DNA from: Lingula anatina
Taxonomy: Eukaryota > Animalia > Brachiopoda
Direction of reading: 5' to 3'
Assembly: GCA_051362555.1 (NCBI GenBank)
Contig: CM120642.1
Location: 21,142,001-21,206,000, forward strand
Length of the DNA: 64,000 nt
The number at the start of each line of letters is the position of its first letter. Within the stretch, counting starts at the first letter, position 1. Position numbers and translations under genes: made by a program. The notes under the pieces are model-generated. The model saw only the letters and a program-made list of their open reading frames with translations, had not been told where the DNA came from and did not search any database. Of the stretch, positions 25,101 through 34,477 are shown piece by piece.

Positions 25101-26949
25101 ACAATGGAAAGGCTTTTTAAAATCACTCCACTAAGAATAACCTTTTTGACGCTTTAGGAATCCTCTGACTGTCTGTACTCATCTCATTTAACAGCCTTAC
25201 CTGTAGCATCAGTGGCAACAGATGCATTTCTAGCTTTATTCAAATTTTGAGTTAACACCCTCAACAGAACCATTTGAGCCAGCATCTCATCCAATCAAAT
25301 ATATACAAAAAACAACGTCAGCAAATTTTAAAGTAAATCTGTATTTTAGTCCTATAATCATACTAGAGCAATTTTCATTTAATATCACATTTAAAAAATA
25401 AAAGAAAAAAAAAGAAAACAAGGCCACGACAATGACTCCTACAACAACAGAAATGGTGATTAGTACCATATGCTCAGACTGCCATCCATAAAAAGCATTT
25501 TTAGAAAACAATCCAATCACACTGATTTTTGAAGTCAGACAAAACTAAACCATAAACATGATGCGATTAAGTCAAAAATTCAGTTTGGAAAATGTGGGGC
25601 TAAGAAATATTTTGGAAAGCTATGTCTGTATAACAATAAGCTGAATCCTGGGACACAAATTACACTGACAGCATGGGCAGACAGAAATAAGAACAAGTAC
25701 AGACACAAGTACAATGCCTGCATATAAAAATATCAATAAAATATGCTTTATTTCCACAAAAGTTTCTTACCTTGGCTGCTTATAGTAGGATAGCCCAGTA
25801 GTCAGGAGAAACTTGTATTGATGTAGTTGCATGGCAATCAGTTCCTAAATAACAATCACAATAATTTAACAAATTAACAAATTAATCTAACAAATACAAC
25901 TTCTAGAGAGGGACCAAACTAATGACCAGTCAAAAACTACAAACAACTGTTTTCGTCACTTCCCTTATGTTAAATTATTTTTTTAATAACTAAATTATCA
26001 CTTTCATATAAATTTACATACCGCAAAATCAAGCTAATTCAAACAACAAAGCTAAGGTATTCCATAATAAAGTATATTTTTTTCAAGTTCAAATAAGTAT
26101 TCTCTTGTTATCAACAAATTGTAGAATGCAAGTCCAAGAACGCACGTGTATACGTCAATGTATTATGTAAGATTTAAACATTAAATTTTTCTTTAGGTCT
26201 AGGCAGATTTGTCACATACTTACCTGAGGTCTTGTTGCCCCAGTTAGGAACTGCCATAAATCCCTGGTTGACCTAAAAACAAAATATCCTGCTTTTAACA
26301 CAAAGTTAGTTTGAACCTTTATAAAATTTAAATAATTTACTATATACAACTGGCAAAGTACCCCCCCCCCTCCCAATTCATTTATAAATACTCATCTTAA
26401 TGTAAGTCCAATATAAAATTAACACTTTTAAACAGGTCTTATAAATGGATTAGCCCCCCCCCCCCCCAATACACTTCTGCACATTACATGGCCATGCACT
26501 TATTGTTATTAATTTACATGAAGCTGCTGTGAATAAATGTGACTAGTTTCAATAAAATCTTCAGAGGAAAATAACACACTGTCACAAATGGATCTTCCTT
26601 TCTGGTGAGCTTGTACAATAGTTCAAACAAAGGTAAGTCTTGATATACAGTGCATTAAATTTCATTAGTCTTCGGATTCTTCATATTCAGATATGTAGCT
26701 TTATGCATGATGTGTATGTCCTGGGCCTGATAAACTTTAGGGGAATAAGAAAATGTGGCCAGTACTTAACTTGTAACAAATTTTAGGCAAGCGTGTACCC
26801 TACTGTGATTTGAAAGAACTGTAGTGGAATGAAAGATACAGATATTGCCTCCTAATATACTCCGTATCAAATCTGAATAGATTACAACGTTCCAAACATA
26901 TTTATATACATAATAAAAACAGTGCTTACCCCTGCGACGACCGCGCCAT
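2533..26949 (-). CDS. NUP188: Nucleoporin Nup188, N-terminal part (21 coding exons, 627 codons; gene continues beyond the left edge)
   Basis: Exons 26930-26949, 26224-26272, 25771-25844, 23130-23220, 22299-22379, 21872-22009, 20641-20697, 19790-19858, 17680-17814, 15188-15264, 14949-15020, 13487-13529, 12082-12282, 9872-9958, 8549-8614, 7701-7823, 7259-7385, 4749-4796, 4149-4250, 3495-3627, 2533-2620. All introns are GT-AG and phases join into a 1881-nt open frame. Peptides are collinear with recalled human NUP188: STRDLWQFLTG ~ SSRELWTILLG; GLSYYKQP ~ GLSYYKPP; QHDYRG ~ QEDYRG; HHGPILLAW ~ HHAPVLLAW; SPPIDLL ~ SPPVDVI. Confidence 0.95.
3495..3627 (-). CDS. NUP188: Nup188 exon 20 (LVSNESLTRVQEIAELVHAVI...TIIH)
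   Basis: 133 nt, phase 1 to 2, matches recalled RVKPIIDLVHKVI. Confidence 0.92.
4149..4250 (-). CDS. NUP188: Nup188 exon 19 (DGAPVIQWETSYSGWQLMLCEVQSL...)
   Basis: matches recalled VRWEYSYSSWTLFTCEI. Confidence 0.93.
4749..4796 (-). CDS. NUP188: Nup188 exon 18 (TLVIPANTQGMLLQT)
   Basis: 48 nt, phase 1 to 1, matches recalled NLRIPQGTVGQV. Confidence 0.88.
4822..5816. mobile_element. Helentron/HINE-like element, family B
   Basis: AACTAGAGG start and terminal hairpin AGTACCATCAGCG...CGCTGGTGGTACT at 5782-5811. Related segments occur at ~14160-14420, ~48035-48330, ~55130-56280 and ~57778-58330. Confidence 0.6.
7259..7385 (-). CDS. NUP188: Nup188 exon 17 (VSRHLQHLQYYTEWL...KMPYGT)
   Basis: 127 nt, phase 0 to 1, overlaps track ORF 7110..7385. 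Confidence 0.9.
7701..7823 (-). CDS. NUP188: Nup188 exon 16 (GLQEGIG...YFPLQFRPLLQLATALAS...AAK)
   Basis: 123 nt, matches recalled FPHLLSPLLQLLRAL. Confidence 0.92.
8549..8614 (-). CDS. NUP188: Nup188 exon 15 (ALYDIVAEVLSQTCVAEDFWDK)
   Basis: AG/GTAGG boundaries, matches recalled EVL...FW. Confidence 0.9.
8717..8780. repeat. (TG)n/(AG)n microsatellite
   Basis: Seen directly. Confidence 0.9.
9872..9958 (-). CDS. NUP188: Nup188 exon 14 (LSEMSHSIVYGLLTIVLKTFEKDTLGDTE)
   Basis: conserved VYGLL...TLG; donor GTATAT runs into a (TA)n tract. Confidence 0.9.
10257..10345. repeat. Compound (TATG)n-(TAAG)n-(TAAC)n microsatellite
   Basis: Seen directly. Confidence 0.9.
10470..10516. repeat. (CA)n microsatellite
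   Basis: Seen directly. Confidence 0.9.
10874..11493. mobile_element. MITE with ~55-bp imperfect terminal inverted repeats
   Basis: gatcagattgcactacc...gtatca (10874-10930) is inverted relative to tgatac...tagtgcgatctgatc (~11438-11493). A partial inverted copy lies at ~42040-42280. Confidence 0.6.
12082..12282 (-). CDS. NUP188: Nup188 exon 13 (EFETH...HHGPILLAW...ALQLDVFRYL...DDKA)
   Basis: 201 nt, overlaps track ORF 12049..12246, AG/GTAAG boundaries. Confidence 0.95.
13487..13529 (-). CDS. NUP188: Nup188 exon 12 (FSRHHVLSESRVTQ)
   Basis: phase 2 to 0, GTAAGC donor, tandem acceptor tttcagtttcag. Confidence 0.82.
14949..15020 (-). CDS. NUP188: Nup188 exon 11 (GLQVLLILEGLDLEFFYVCMEDN)
   Basis: AG/GTAAG boundaries, matches recalled LILVEGMDIE. 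Confidence 0.92.
15188..15264 (-). CDS. NUP188: Nup188 exon 10 (DQGFGRHQLNKHLLDETTELAVECI)
   Basis: AG/GTGAG boundaries, matches recalled EQGFGSRQTNRHLVDET. Confidence 0.92.
15385..16173 (+). mobile_element. Non-LTR retrotransposon fragment (RTE-like reverse transcriptase N-terminal region), antisense in Nup188 intron 9
   Basis: Track ORF 15352..16131 has KAAGVDGI, VPDDWQRAIVVPIWKKKG...CNMYRGISLLS...GKIYAKIL and QMAFRKGRGCTDAIF. After a frameshift it continues RQLSEKAIEYNKELNIVFV and then breaks off before the catalytic motifs. Confidence 0.9.
16920..17266. repeat. 347-bp imperfect palindrome (rod-like hairpin) in Nup188 intron 9
   Basis: Nested inverted segments: GGATTAA/TTAATCC, AGAACAAGATGATC/GATCATCTGTTCT, AAATATGG/CCATATTT, TAAAAGG/CCTTTTA, GCCTCCACA/TGTGGAGGC. 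Confidence 0.8.
17680..17814 (-). CDS. NUP188: Nup188 exon 9 (TEEQAVLWLKQNLREQIELLQIMMYYY...KQFK)
   Basis: AG/GTAAG boundaries, conserved LREQ motif. Confidence 0.93.
17963..19670. mobile_element. Cluster of decayed hAT-like MITE remnants
   Basis: Several CAGGG-starting ends (CAGGGCTCGAC ~17963, CAGGGATCGTCCTGGG ~18322, CAGGGCTTGAC ~19007). The segment ~18125-18250 recurs at ~33030-33155. Confidence 0.4.
19790..19858 (-). CDS. NUP188: Nup188 exon 8 (VLDQYEMVCSTTAPSLDTYGNYM)
   Basis: AG/GTAAG boundaries, matches recalled APTWETHGNLM. Confidence 0.9.
20641..20697 (-). CDS. NUP188: Nup188 exon 7 (EVFFDFLEDVNKDNALIEN)
   Basis: poly-T/ctacag acceptor, GTAAGT donor. Confidence 0.88.
21872..22009 (-). 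CDS. NUP188: Nup188 exon 6 (TMLGEDRH...FYFSERLYLLRCIKHIL...YRYQ)
   Basis: 138 nt, matches recalled YYYEERTCILRCVLHLL. Confidence 0.92.
22299..22379 (-). CDS. NUP188: Nup188 exon 5 (GLDEIITYDIYRLYLQHDYRGSQKDLQ)
   Basis: tttcag acceptor, weak GTTCAC donor, conserved GLDE...DYRG. Confidence 0.9.
23130..23220 (-). CDS. NUP188: Nup188 exon 4 (NPSGELLEKE...KKLSQFL)
   Basis: AG/GTAAG boundaries, phase 2 to 0. Confidence 0.9.
23312..23580. mobile_element. Foldback/MITE-like long inverted repeat in Nup188 intron 3
   Basis: cagatcccaatc.agtccagt...ttgcattgtta...aatgagcatatt mirrors aatatgctcatt...taacaatgcaa...actggact.gattgggatctg. Confidence 0.75.
24540..24873 (+). mobile_element. L2/CR1-type LINE 3' end remnant
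   Basis: Decayed ORF2 C-terminus TYSNRAFSIAAPILW...FKKDLKTFFF, followed by a GCACT...AGTGC stem, AATAAA and an (ATT)n tail. Confidence 0.75.
25771..25844 (-). CDS. NUP188: Nup188 exon 3 (ELIAMQLHQYKFLLTTGLSYYKQP)
   Basis: AG/GTAAG boundaries, conserved GLSYYK. Confidence 0.92.
26224..26272 (-). CDS. NUP188: Nup188 exon 2 (STRDLWQFLTGATRPQ)
   Basis: tttttag acceptor, GTAAGT donor, in frame. Confidence 0.9.
26930..26949 (-). CDS. NUP188: Nup188 exon 1 (MARSSQG)
   Basis: ATG at 26947-26949, donor GTAAGC, phase 2 joins exon 2. Confidence 0.8.
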
Positions 26950-27400
26950 CGCTTTCAAGCAGTGAAGCAGATTTTAGTTTTAGTTTCGTAACGATTGTAA
27001 AGAAAACGTTCATGAGTAACAGTTAGAGAAAAACAACAATGACCTAAAATAATTTTTAATTCATTTAATTAACTATTTTACTCGGTGTACATATGATGAC
27101 TGGGAGGCATATTCTATTGTTTTAAATATAAACTCTGCCCTGTGACTCCAAACAGTTTTTTGATCGCAACACACTGATCGTTACACAAATGCAAAAAGGG
27201 TTTATTTAACGAAGGATACGAATGTGTGAAAAGGGAATCCCTAACAAAATAATTTTTGAAATACAAAGAAGGGGTGTGTTTTTAAACGAAGATATACATC
27301 GGATGACTCTAAGAGAACCGATTTAAGATATAAACCGGAAGTTGGTGACATTGAGATTGATTACCGCATTTCATTTTGACAGGCAGATCTATAGGCGAAA
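26950..27400. promoter_or_regulatory. Putative bidirectional promoter region of Nup188/Swi5
   Basis: Lies between the divergently oriented genes, is locally richer in CpG, and has an ETS-type CCGGAAGT at 27335-27342. Boundaries are approximate and transcription start sites are not visible. Confidence 0.5.
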
Positions 27401-27554
27401 CTTGCTGAAATGCGACATTGAAAATTTTGTTCTTCTGTTAAAGTTTTTTTTAACGAAAAGCTTCTTCAAATTACTATGCTTGATTGCATATTGATACTTA
27501 CAAACTTAGCAATTGGAAAAGCAATCCGCTGTAGCAGCCAAGGCTGTTGAACAA

Positions 27555-27612
27555 GCCGTGATCGGATAGTGGATAGTACTTCTCATTGAGACCTCAAATC
27601 CTAGTCACAGCA
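27555..27612 (+). pseudogene. tRNA-His pseudogene (internally deleted)
   Basis: GCCGTGATCGGATAGTGGATAGTACT...TCAAATCCTAGTCACAGCA closely matches the ends of animal tRNA-His (GCCGTGATCGTATAGTGGTTAGTACT...TCGAATCCGAGTCACGGCA). About 14 nt of the anticodon/variable region are missing. Confidence 0.75.
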
Positions 27613-27715
27613 TTGTTGTGATAACTATGGTACTGTATGAGGATGAGTTGCCATAATGATGAGAACAACCAAGTTATGCTCCAGTCCCAAATTCCGTGCA
27701 CTACCAGAAACTGAT

Positions 27716-27922
27716 AATTCCCAGGGTTCTTTAACTGGGTTAAATCCCTGGGGATTCAAGTTAAATTGCTGTCAGCTTCTGGGAGCCGAGCACACACAAA
27801 AGTTTATTACCCCCTTACAGCTTTTAGTAGGCAGGACAGACATTTAAGCCAGTTAAGCTGACATCAATATAGTGAGACTCCCCAGGGGGATAGATGGATC
27901 TAAGTATCTGTGGGAATGGTCT
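27716..27922 (-). mobile_element. PIF/Harbinger-like MITE (third, inverted copy of the family at 56037 and 59407)
   Basis: Reverse complement of ...gagtctcact...tcagcttaac...aaatgtctgtcc.gcctactaaaagctgtaaggggg... Boundaries are approximate. Confidence 0.7.
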
Positions 27923-28930
27923 CTTAGTTTAATCGTGATAAATTCTTTAAGCTCTTTGCTGATTCTTATTTATGGTAGTTAGTTCAGTTTTTGCAGTCAC
28001 TGATATGTAGTGTAGTCAGGATGAAAGTTTGTTCAAATTTTTAGTCCTGAACTAGCTTCCAGATGCAAAACATCTTGGTTGATTCTTACACCATAACAAC
28101 TGAAACCTAAAAATATTCTTAGGACATTCTTGCCAACTGAAAGTCTTTCTCAATTGACAATATTTGTGCTGTTCAAGCCAAATCCCACAAATATTCTTAA
28201 GTCTATCTTAACAAATTTGTAAGTGAATCCTTCATCAGACTGATGTGAGTAGATGTTGACACTCACTGACCCCTAGGTGGTAAAGCCACCCATGAATAGG
28301 GACAGGGGGAGGGAGGGGTGTCAATCTACCTGACATTTACAGGGGGAGGGTTGGGACTACCTGACATTTACAAGAGGGTCCTGGACACTATACCACAGTT
28401 TTATCCAACACTATTCTTTGCACCCTGTTCTTATTGCATTTAACAAACTTTTGACTTCATTTCCATTTGCAACCTCTCAAAATGCTCTCAACCTAGTGAA
28501 TGATCATTTTCCAGAAAACGGTATTTAAACAAGATCGTAGCAGATGTAGTCACCCATTGTTCTCTGGGCTCTATTCATTCTGACCAATGAGAGACTGGCA
28601 AACAGACTCTTCCCCCCCCCCCTTTTTGTTAGAGCTCCTTGGACCAAGAGTTTTCACAATATCTGATATATACTTTAATTTTGAGTAAATATTTTTCTGT
28701 TTATTTGTTTGTTTTCTTAATTTGTAATTTTCTCAAAATTTATTCCTTGAAATTTTATAAATTGATATGAGATATAAATTATTTTGGTAATTCATAATTA
28801 AGTATTTTTTAATTTTAGAAAAAAAAGTAGCTGAACTACTCCAGCTGAAAAAATAGATAAAGGGAGTGTTGCTAAAAAGCTGTCAGAAAGACAGTCAAAA
28901 CAGGGACAAGCAAATGAAGTTAAAGGGCTC

Positions 28931-30228
28931 ATGGAAAAACTACAAAAGGACGCTAAAAGCTTAAGGCAGACCTTAGCTGAACTAGATAAAGAAATAAATT
29001 TGTTGCAGAAGCAGTAAGTAATATGCATGTTTGATGAAATATTATTTGCAATCTCACTACCCTAAATTTTAAGTAAAAAAGGAAACGATGAAATATAGAT
29101 GGTTCTTTTGTCTTTGTAAAACTCTACTCCTGTAAATATGTATGTTTGAGGCTTCACACTTTTATCCTCAAAGAACAAGTGACATGGTCTGTTGGCAAGC
29201 ACATATTCCAGGATAATTGTGGGAAGTGTTATTTTGGTGGTAAAATGGAGTTTATTATATTTCTGTGGTTTTTACAATTTTTTATTGTGAAAAATAAATC
29301 TCATATGCTAAAGATACATTTGATCGATAATCACCCTAAAAACTCTATGAAAAGTTGATAAGTTATTTTGCCAAAAGTTGTCTTTTTATCAGCATATATG
29401 CAATAAACACAGTATATAACACTTTATTACACAATACACAATTATAACAGGTTTACAATCATTTTTATATAATCAACTAACAATATTGTTAAGATGCAGA
29501 AAATGTCTGTACAGAATTTTTTTTACATATCTGATTAGTTCAATAATGAGACTGTTACATGTAAAATGCCTAAGAATTGAATCTAAGGAAAAACTAGTTA
29601 TATACAAAAAAGGCATAAATTCATCAAAACTGAACCGATCAAGCTTATTTTCGAACTTGATTTATATATTAGTCTCATGAATTAGTCCTACAAGCAAAAT
29701 ATGACACAATTGTACACAAACTGTATAATGGTGGATCTGCTGGTTAATTAGTTACGAGCATCTCAAAAAAGGTGTTTTATTCTTATTTAATAGTATGGGT
29801 GAGATAAACAATTCATGTTCTCTTAAAGAGCAAATAAGCACATAATGAGAATTTAGATGTAAACTTCCAATTTTCAGAGGCTATAAGCAGGAGGAACTTC
29901 CAACTCACAAAGAGAAACTGCACCAGTACAATGAAATTAAAGACCTTGGACAAATGCTTCTAGGACAAATTGGTATGTTAATGGTATGACATGGGTTCAT
30001 CTTGTTACATGTCTGAAATTTTCTTCAGTATGTATTCATAGAGTTACTTTTGCTGACATAAATTTGTTTTGATGCTAGAATTTCCCCTACTAGTATGCCT
30101 CTTATGGGCACTCTGAGTCTATAAGATAAATATAGCTAATATGTCGACTTCTTTTATTTAAAGCTACAAAAAAAGGAGTGACTACTAAGGAACTATATGA
30201 AGAATATGGCTTGGCTTTGGAAGACTGA
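28931..30228 (+). CDS. SWI5: DNA repair protein Swi5/Sae3 homolog (80 aa from the first in-frame ATG)
   Basis: Exons 28931-29013, 29878-29972 and 30164-30228, GT-AG, encode MEKLQKDAKSLRQTLAELDKEINLLQKQGYKQEELPTHKEKLHQYNEIKDLGQMLLGQIATKKGVTTKELYEEYGLALED*. It carries the Swi5 signature LHxYNxIKDxGQMLxG...GVTTKELYxxxGL. AATAAA at 30523-30528. True N-terminus uncertain. Confidence 0.93.
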
Positions 30229-31610
30229 AGAAGTAGGCAAAGAATTGTGTCGATAATTTGTGGATAACTAAGGAAAAGAGATTGCACAGGACAACTGTTA
30301 ACATTAGGAAATTTAGAAGGAAACAGAAGCATAGAAACAACTATCAGTATGTACAAACATACAAAAATGAGAAACTTTTATATCTTTCATAACAACTGTT
30401 TATGTGATTGACATAATTGGATGAAGTCACATGATAATCACATGAAGGTCACATGACATGCCAGACCATCTTGAACTACATGCATTTCAAATTTCAATGA
30501 TTTTGACAGTTTTGCAATATGGAATAAATCTAGATCTTATCTTCAGAACACTGTATAAAGAGTGAATAATGGTGCTGGAGATGCATTTAGTCGAGTTGCC
30601 ACCCCCATAGGCCCAATAGTCGAACCCTGCAATGTTCTTTCCTGTAAACTTTTTTTGCTGAAATGCATTCTTCAGGCCAAGAGAAGCAAAATTAGCTTGG
30701 TTGCTATTTCCGAGACCTTGAGCATTTTTCAATATGGCCGTCAATTTATGAGGAAAAATAGAAAAATGACCAGAAGTCGCCGGGTAAACTTTATTAACAG
30801 ATTTTTGAACGTGTATCCTATCAGGAGAGCACAACAGTACTAGTGAATAAGCTTAATCACGTACCATTTAGCAAAAAACCAAAATGGCCGTCAAAACATA
30901 AGGGAGAAAATGATAAAAGCTGCAGAATCAGTTTGTTGTTTGCATATTTAGTTTTATTAAAACCATATCCCCTTTTTATATTTATGTTTATACTTTTTAT
31001 AAGTGCATGGTATTCCACATTTCAAATAACCACTAAAACAAGCCCAAAAAGGTAAAAAATCAGTTAAATTATGTTTTAATCTGATAATTCGGCACATAAT
31101 ATATATCAAACCCTTTATTTATTGACAAAGTGTACTTGTTGTTCCTGCCGGGTGCTTCTTATGCTGTACGACTGGCATGGCGAAATTGGTCCCGCAGCTG
31201 ATGCAACCTGATGTAGCGATCCTGATCTGGAGTTCCCTTACGAAAAAGTCGCTATTCATATAACAAATTGATGGCCATCTTGAATTTTGAAAAATTATCA
31301 ATATCTCGTATGTATCAACTGGCAAATAAAGTCATGCTTATAAGCTTCTCTAAGTTTTGTAACCCAGATGAAATAATTTCTTTTTAAAAAGCTTGCAAGA
31401 TATAACCATAGAAGTAGAGAAAATGGAATGCCAACTCCCGCGAGATTTGTATTGCCCTCTGTGTTATGAGCTTGTGACCACGAGAGTTGGGCGAGAGTTG
31501 GGTAGTTTTACTTCCGGTCAACTTTTGTTGCACTACATGTGAATGGGGAGCAGGCGTGCTAAGACAATTGAGCGTCATTTTGACAGATTTTTGGTTCAAT
31601 TTGATTAATA

Positions 31611-32484
31611 ATGGCCTCGAAGTTGACATTATTGGAGGTAAGTCTGTCTCTTAGCTTGATTAAACGAAGCTGGATTGCAGCATGTGGATAAAATCGACGA
31701 TAATCGAGCGATCTCACACAAAGCACGTGGACAGCCGGCAGAGTTTTACTTTCCCTGTCGTGATCAAGTAATGATATATCTGTACAGCAACGGAATATTA
31801 GTCCGTACTAGCCGTGAACTGTAGTTTGACTGCACATCATACTTGAAAAAAGTCGGAATAAAATTCTGTCCCTTAACTAGGGAATTTGCTATTTAATGCT
31901 TTTGTTTACAACTAAATACAAGGCTGCTAGCAATTTTCCTGCCAAGGAAAAGGCGACCCAATAATTTTTTCTACCGATATTAAATCACCTCATTAAGTTA
32001 AATCCTACTCACATTCATTATCATTAAAATTTTGTATTTGTTGTAAGTTATTTTTTCCAAAATTTTAAGTAAATTTTCTGTTTATAGGATGATTTTGAAG
32101 AGAGATTCAGTATGCTGCAACTCGCCGTACAGAGCACCACGCAACCAGTAGCACCACCCTAGTATGTTGCAATAAATAAAAATAACCATCTTTCTGAATT
32201 TTTTTTTTTTTTTTTTTTTTGTTTGAGAACATTTTTATATGATGAAACATTTTATAGTTACATGGAAATTGGTACAGTACATTCCTTTTCGTTAGATATT
32301 ATGCATTTACATTAATAATGAAACATGATACAAATACAAAAATAATTTGTTGACAGTGCTTTTGTAAATTTACTACTTCAGGTGACTGAAATCTCACAAT
32401 TAGTGGAGCAATCCCTGGAAAAGCTGCATCCAGCATTTTGTTGACATACAGCAGCTATAAATATGCAAAAGGAAACTTCAAAAG
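31611..32484 (+). pseudogene. Decayed spliced gene inside the P-like element (unrecognised protein)
   Basis: Exons 31611-31637 (MASKLTLLE, GTAAGT donor), 32088-32161 (DDFEERFSMLQLAVQSTTQPVAPP) and 32382-32484 (VTEISQLVEQSLEKLHPAF/VDIQQL*ICKRKLQK). Splice sites are good, but there are two compensating frameshifts and a stop. Confidence 0.55.
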
Positions 32485-32592
32485 GTACATTGTTAAAGAA
32501 TATATTTATTTCAGTATTTCAAGGCTTTTATCAAAATTACAAAGTTCCAAATATGTATCAGTTATAGTAGCAATAACAGCTGTTACTGCATA

Positions 32593-34477
32593 CGGTAATG
32601 TGCCAAGCATTTCGACCGGCCCAGTCAATCCGACCACAAAAATTATTTTATAAAATTAATTTTTCTGGGCTCAAACAATTAGTCCATACGTCAAAATCAT
32701 GGGACAGAATTTTTTTCTTGTTCCGATTGTTCGACCACATCGTCGACAAGACTCGGTAAATTTTCAAGCCAGTGAAATAGATGCTGCATGCCTCGGCCCT
32801 TTGTCAATTGTTGTCCTTTCAATAGCTCTCGTCAATGAGGAAGAAACAATTAATTGAAGATCTAATCTGGAAGCATGACGTACCTGTCTTTTCCTCTGTC
32901 CCCGATGACAATAATAGTGCTTATAGACATACAAATTTTGCTATTAAGCAGACTTGCCCTCGCTGACTGATTCATCACGCCCGTAACTGGGGAGGGGGGG
33001 GGGGGGGTTAAAAAAAGGTCTATTCTGGATGAAACCAAATATCGACAGTGGGTAGAATACGTCGTAAACACCTTCATATAGACCATATATTGCGTTTGCT
33101 AGCACTAATAAAAATGGGAAGAATAAGCAATTTATTTTCAAGTTCGATTGAAATATATATGCAGATGGGGAAACGTTCTTGAAGGCAACACCGCAAGATC
33201 TTACATTTACTACAATCGACCGAAAGATCAGCGGGATCGACCGCCCAGACTTCTTGGCGCCAAATACCACGCGCTGTCAAAATCTGACGAACACGTGTCG
33301 CTGTTCACCTACATGGATAACTGATTTGTCAACAATAAAAATGACGTCTTCCTTAACTCCATGGGAGCTTCATAGAGAGTTCCACTGGGTATTTACGTTA
33401 CCTGTGAGTCACTTTCTGTTTCCCCAGATGCATGAAATGTTGATAATATTTAGCGTATTCCACGACGAACTCCATTCCTGTGACCCCCTCTCCCAAAATG
33501 GGACCGTCTTCATTAACATGTGGTTTGCGCTATGCTAGAGCAGACCAGATAAAACCAGTCTCTCATTTCTGCATGTGCTCAATTCTCACGTCAAATTATA
33601 AATGCACCTGTTTTGTGAAAATTATGGCAAGTAAATGCTATTTTTACGTTCTGGTTGTATCAGTGGGGTTTTCAATATGCACCGTGGTTTGTGCACAGCG
33701 AGAGTATATAAGTAAGAAAATCGGAAGAATGCCAGCAAAATGCTGTATGTCTATCGTCACAGGTACGCTCCGTATTTTGCCTTTTGTCAATATGTTTTTA
33801 TATGACATGCTTTTTAAATAAAATACTTAATAGTAATTTGAAGTTACACTGATTTCCGTTTGAGTACCAGTTGGTATTCTTTGATACGGGTGATTGAATT
33901 TTCTTCGGAAGTACGTACGTCTACGCCTCGACGCTGAGCAAGCCTTGCGGGTTGAAAAAAACTGATCTCAGACTGGTAAAAAAATTCAATTCGGTTGATT
34001 TCAGTTGTCATATTAAAATTCAAATAGGGCGTACGTAGATCACATAACTAGTTTAAGTCCACTAAAGCCACCGGTTTCAAATATAAGTGACCGGCCTGTG
34101 TTTACAACACCATACTCGTCCCACTTGTGAAGCGCATCATGAAAGTGACCGTAGGTGAGGGAAATATATAATTAAAAGTTATAATTGTCGTCTTTTTTAA
34201 TGTTAAGTAATGTTAGCACATATTGTACACAGCAAAATAAGATTTCAGGAGGATAAAACATGCCTGAAACACATGTTAGGCGAAAATTGCGGCTTATCTT
34301 GCGTAACACTTCCGGTAAAATGCAGTACTTCCGGAAAGATGGACGTTTTGGCAGATGCCCCTAACAATCCGACGATATCAAAGGTTTCCATTTGCTGTAT
34401 TTTAATCAATTCGACCAAACTGACATTTCCATGAAATTAATTAATTAATCTTGGTCGAATTGTTTGGCATATTACCG
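32593..34477. mobile_element. TA-flanked TIR element (Tc1/mariner/pogo-like, non-autonomous), nested in the P-like element
   Basis: TIR CGGTAAT(G/A)TGCCAA(G/A)CA(T/A)TTCGACC with TA on both sides (32591-32592, 34478-34479). A solo right end occurs at ~13780-13835. Confidence 0.75.

Noticed and set aside
25201-25285. Minus-strand mini-ORF MLAQMVLL...DAT ending at a GTAAGG donor, as an alternative Nup188 first exon
   Set aside because: It ends in phase 1 while exon 4 requires phase 2, and it has no recognisable homology.
30421-30462. SECIS-like ATGAA...AA stem in the Swi5 3' UTR that might recode the upstream TGA
   Set aside because: The 3' side lacks the GA of the non-Watson-Crick quartet, the stem is weak and made of repeated TCACATG motifs, and Swi5 is not a known selenoprotein.
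30487-30843. ORFs sharing VAISETLSIFQYGRQFMRKNRK with 38057..38275
   Set aside because: These are translations of the two TIR arms of the outer transposon, not a duplicated gene.
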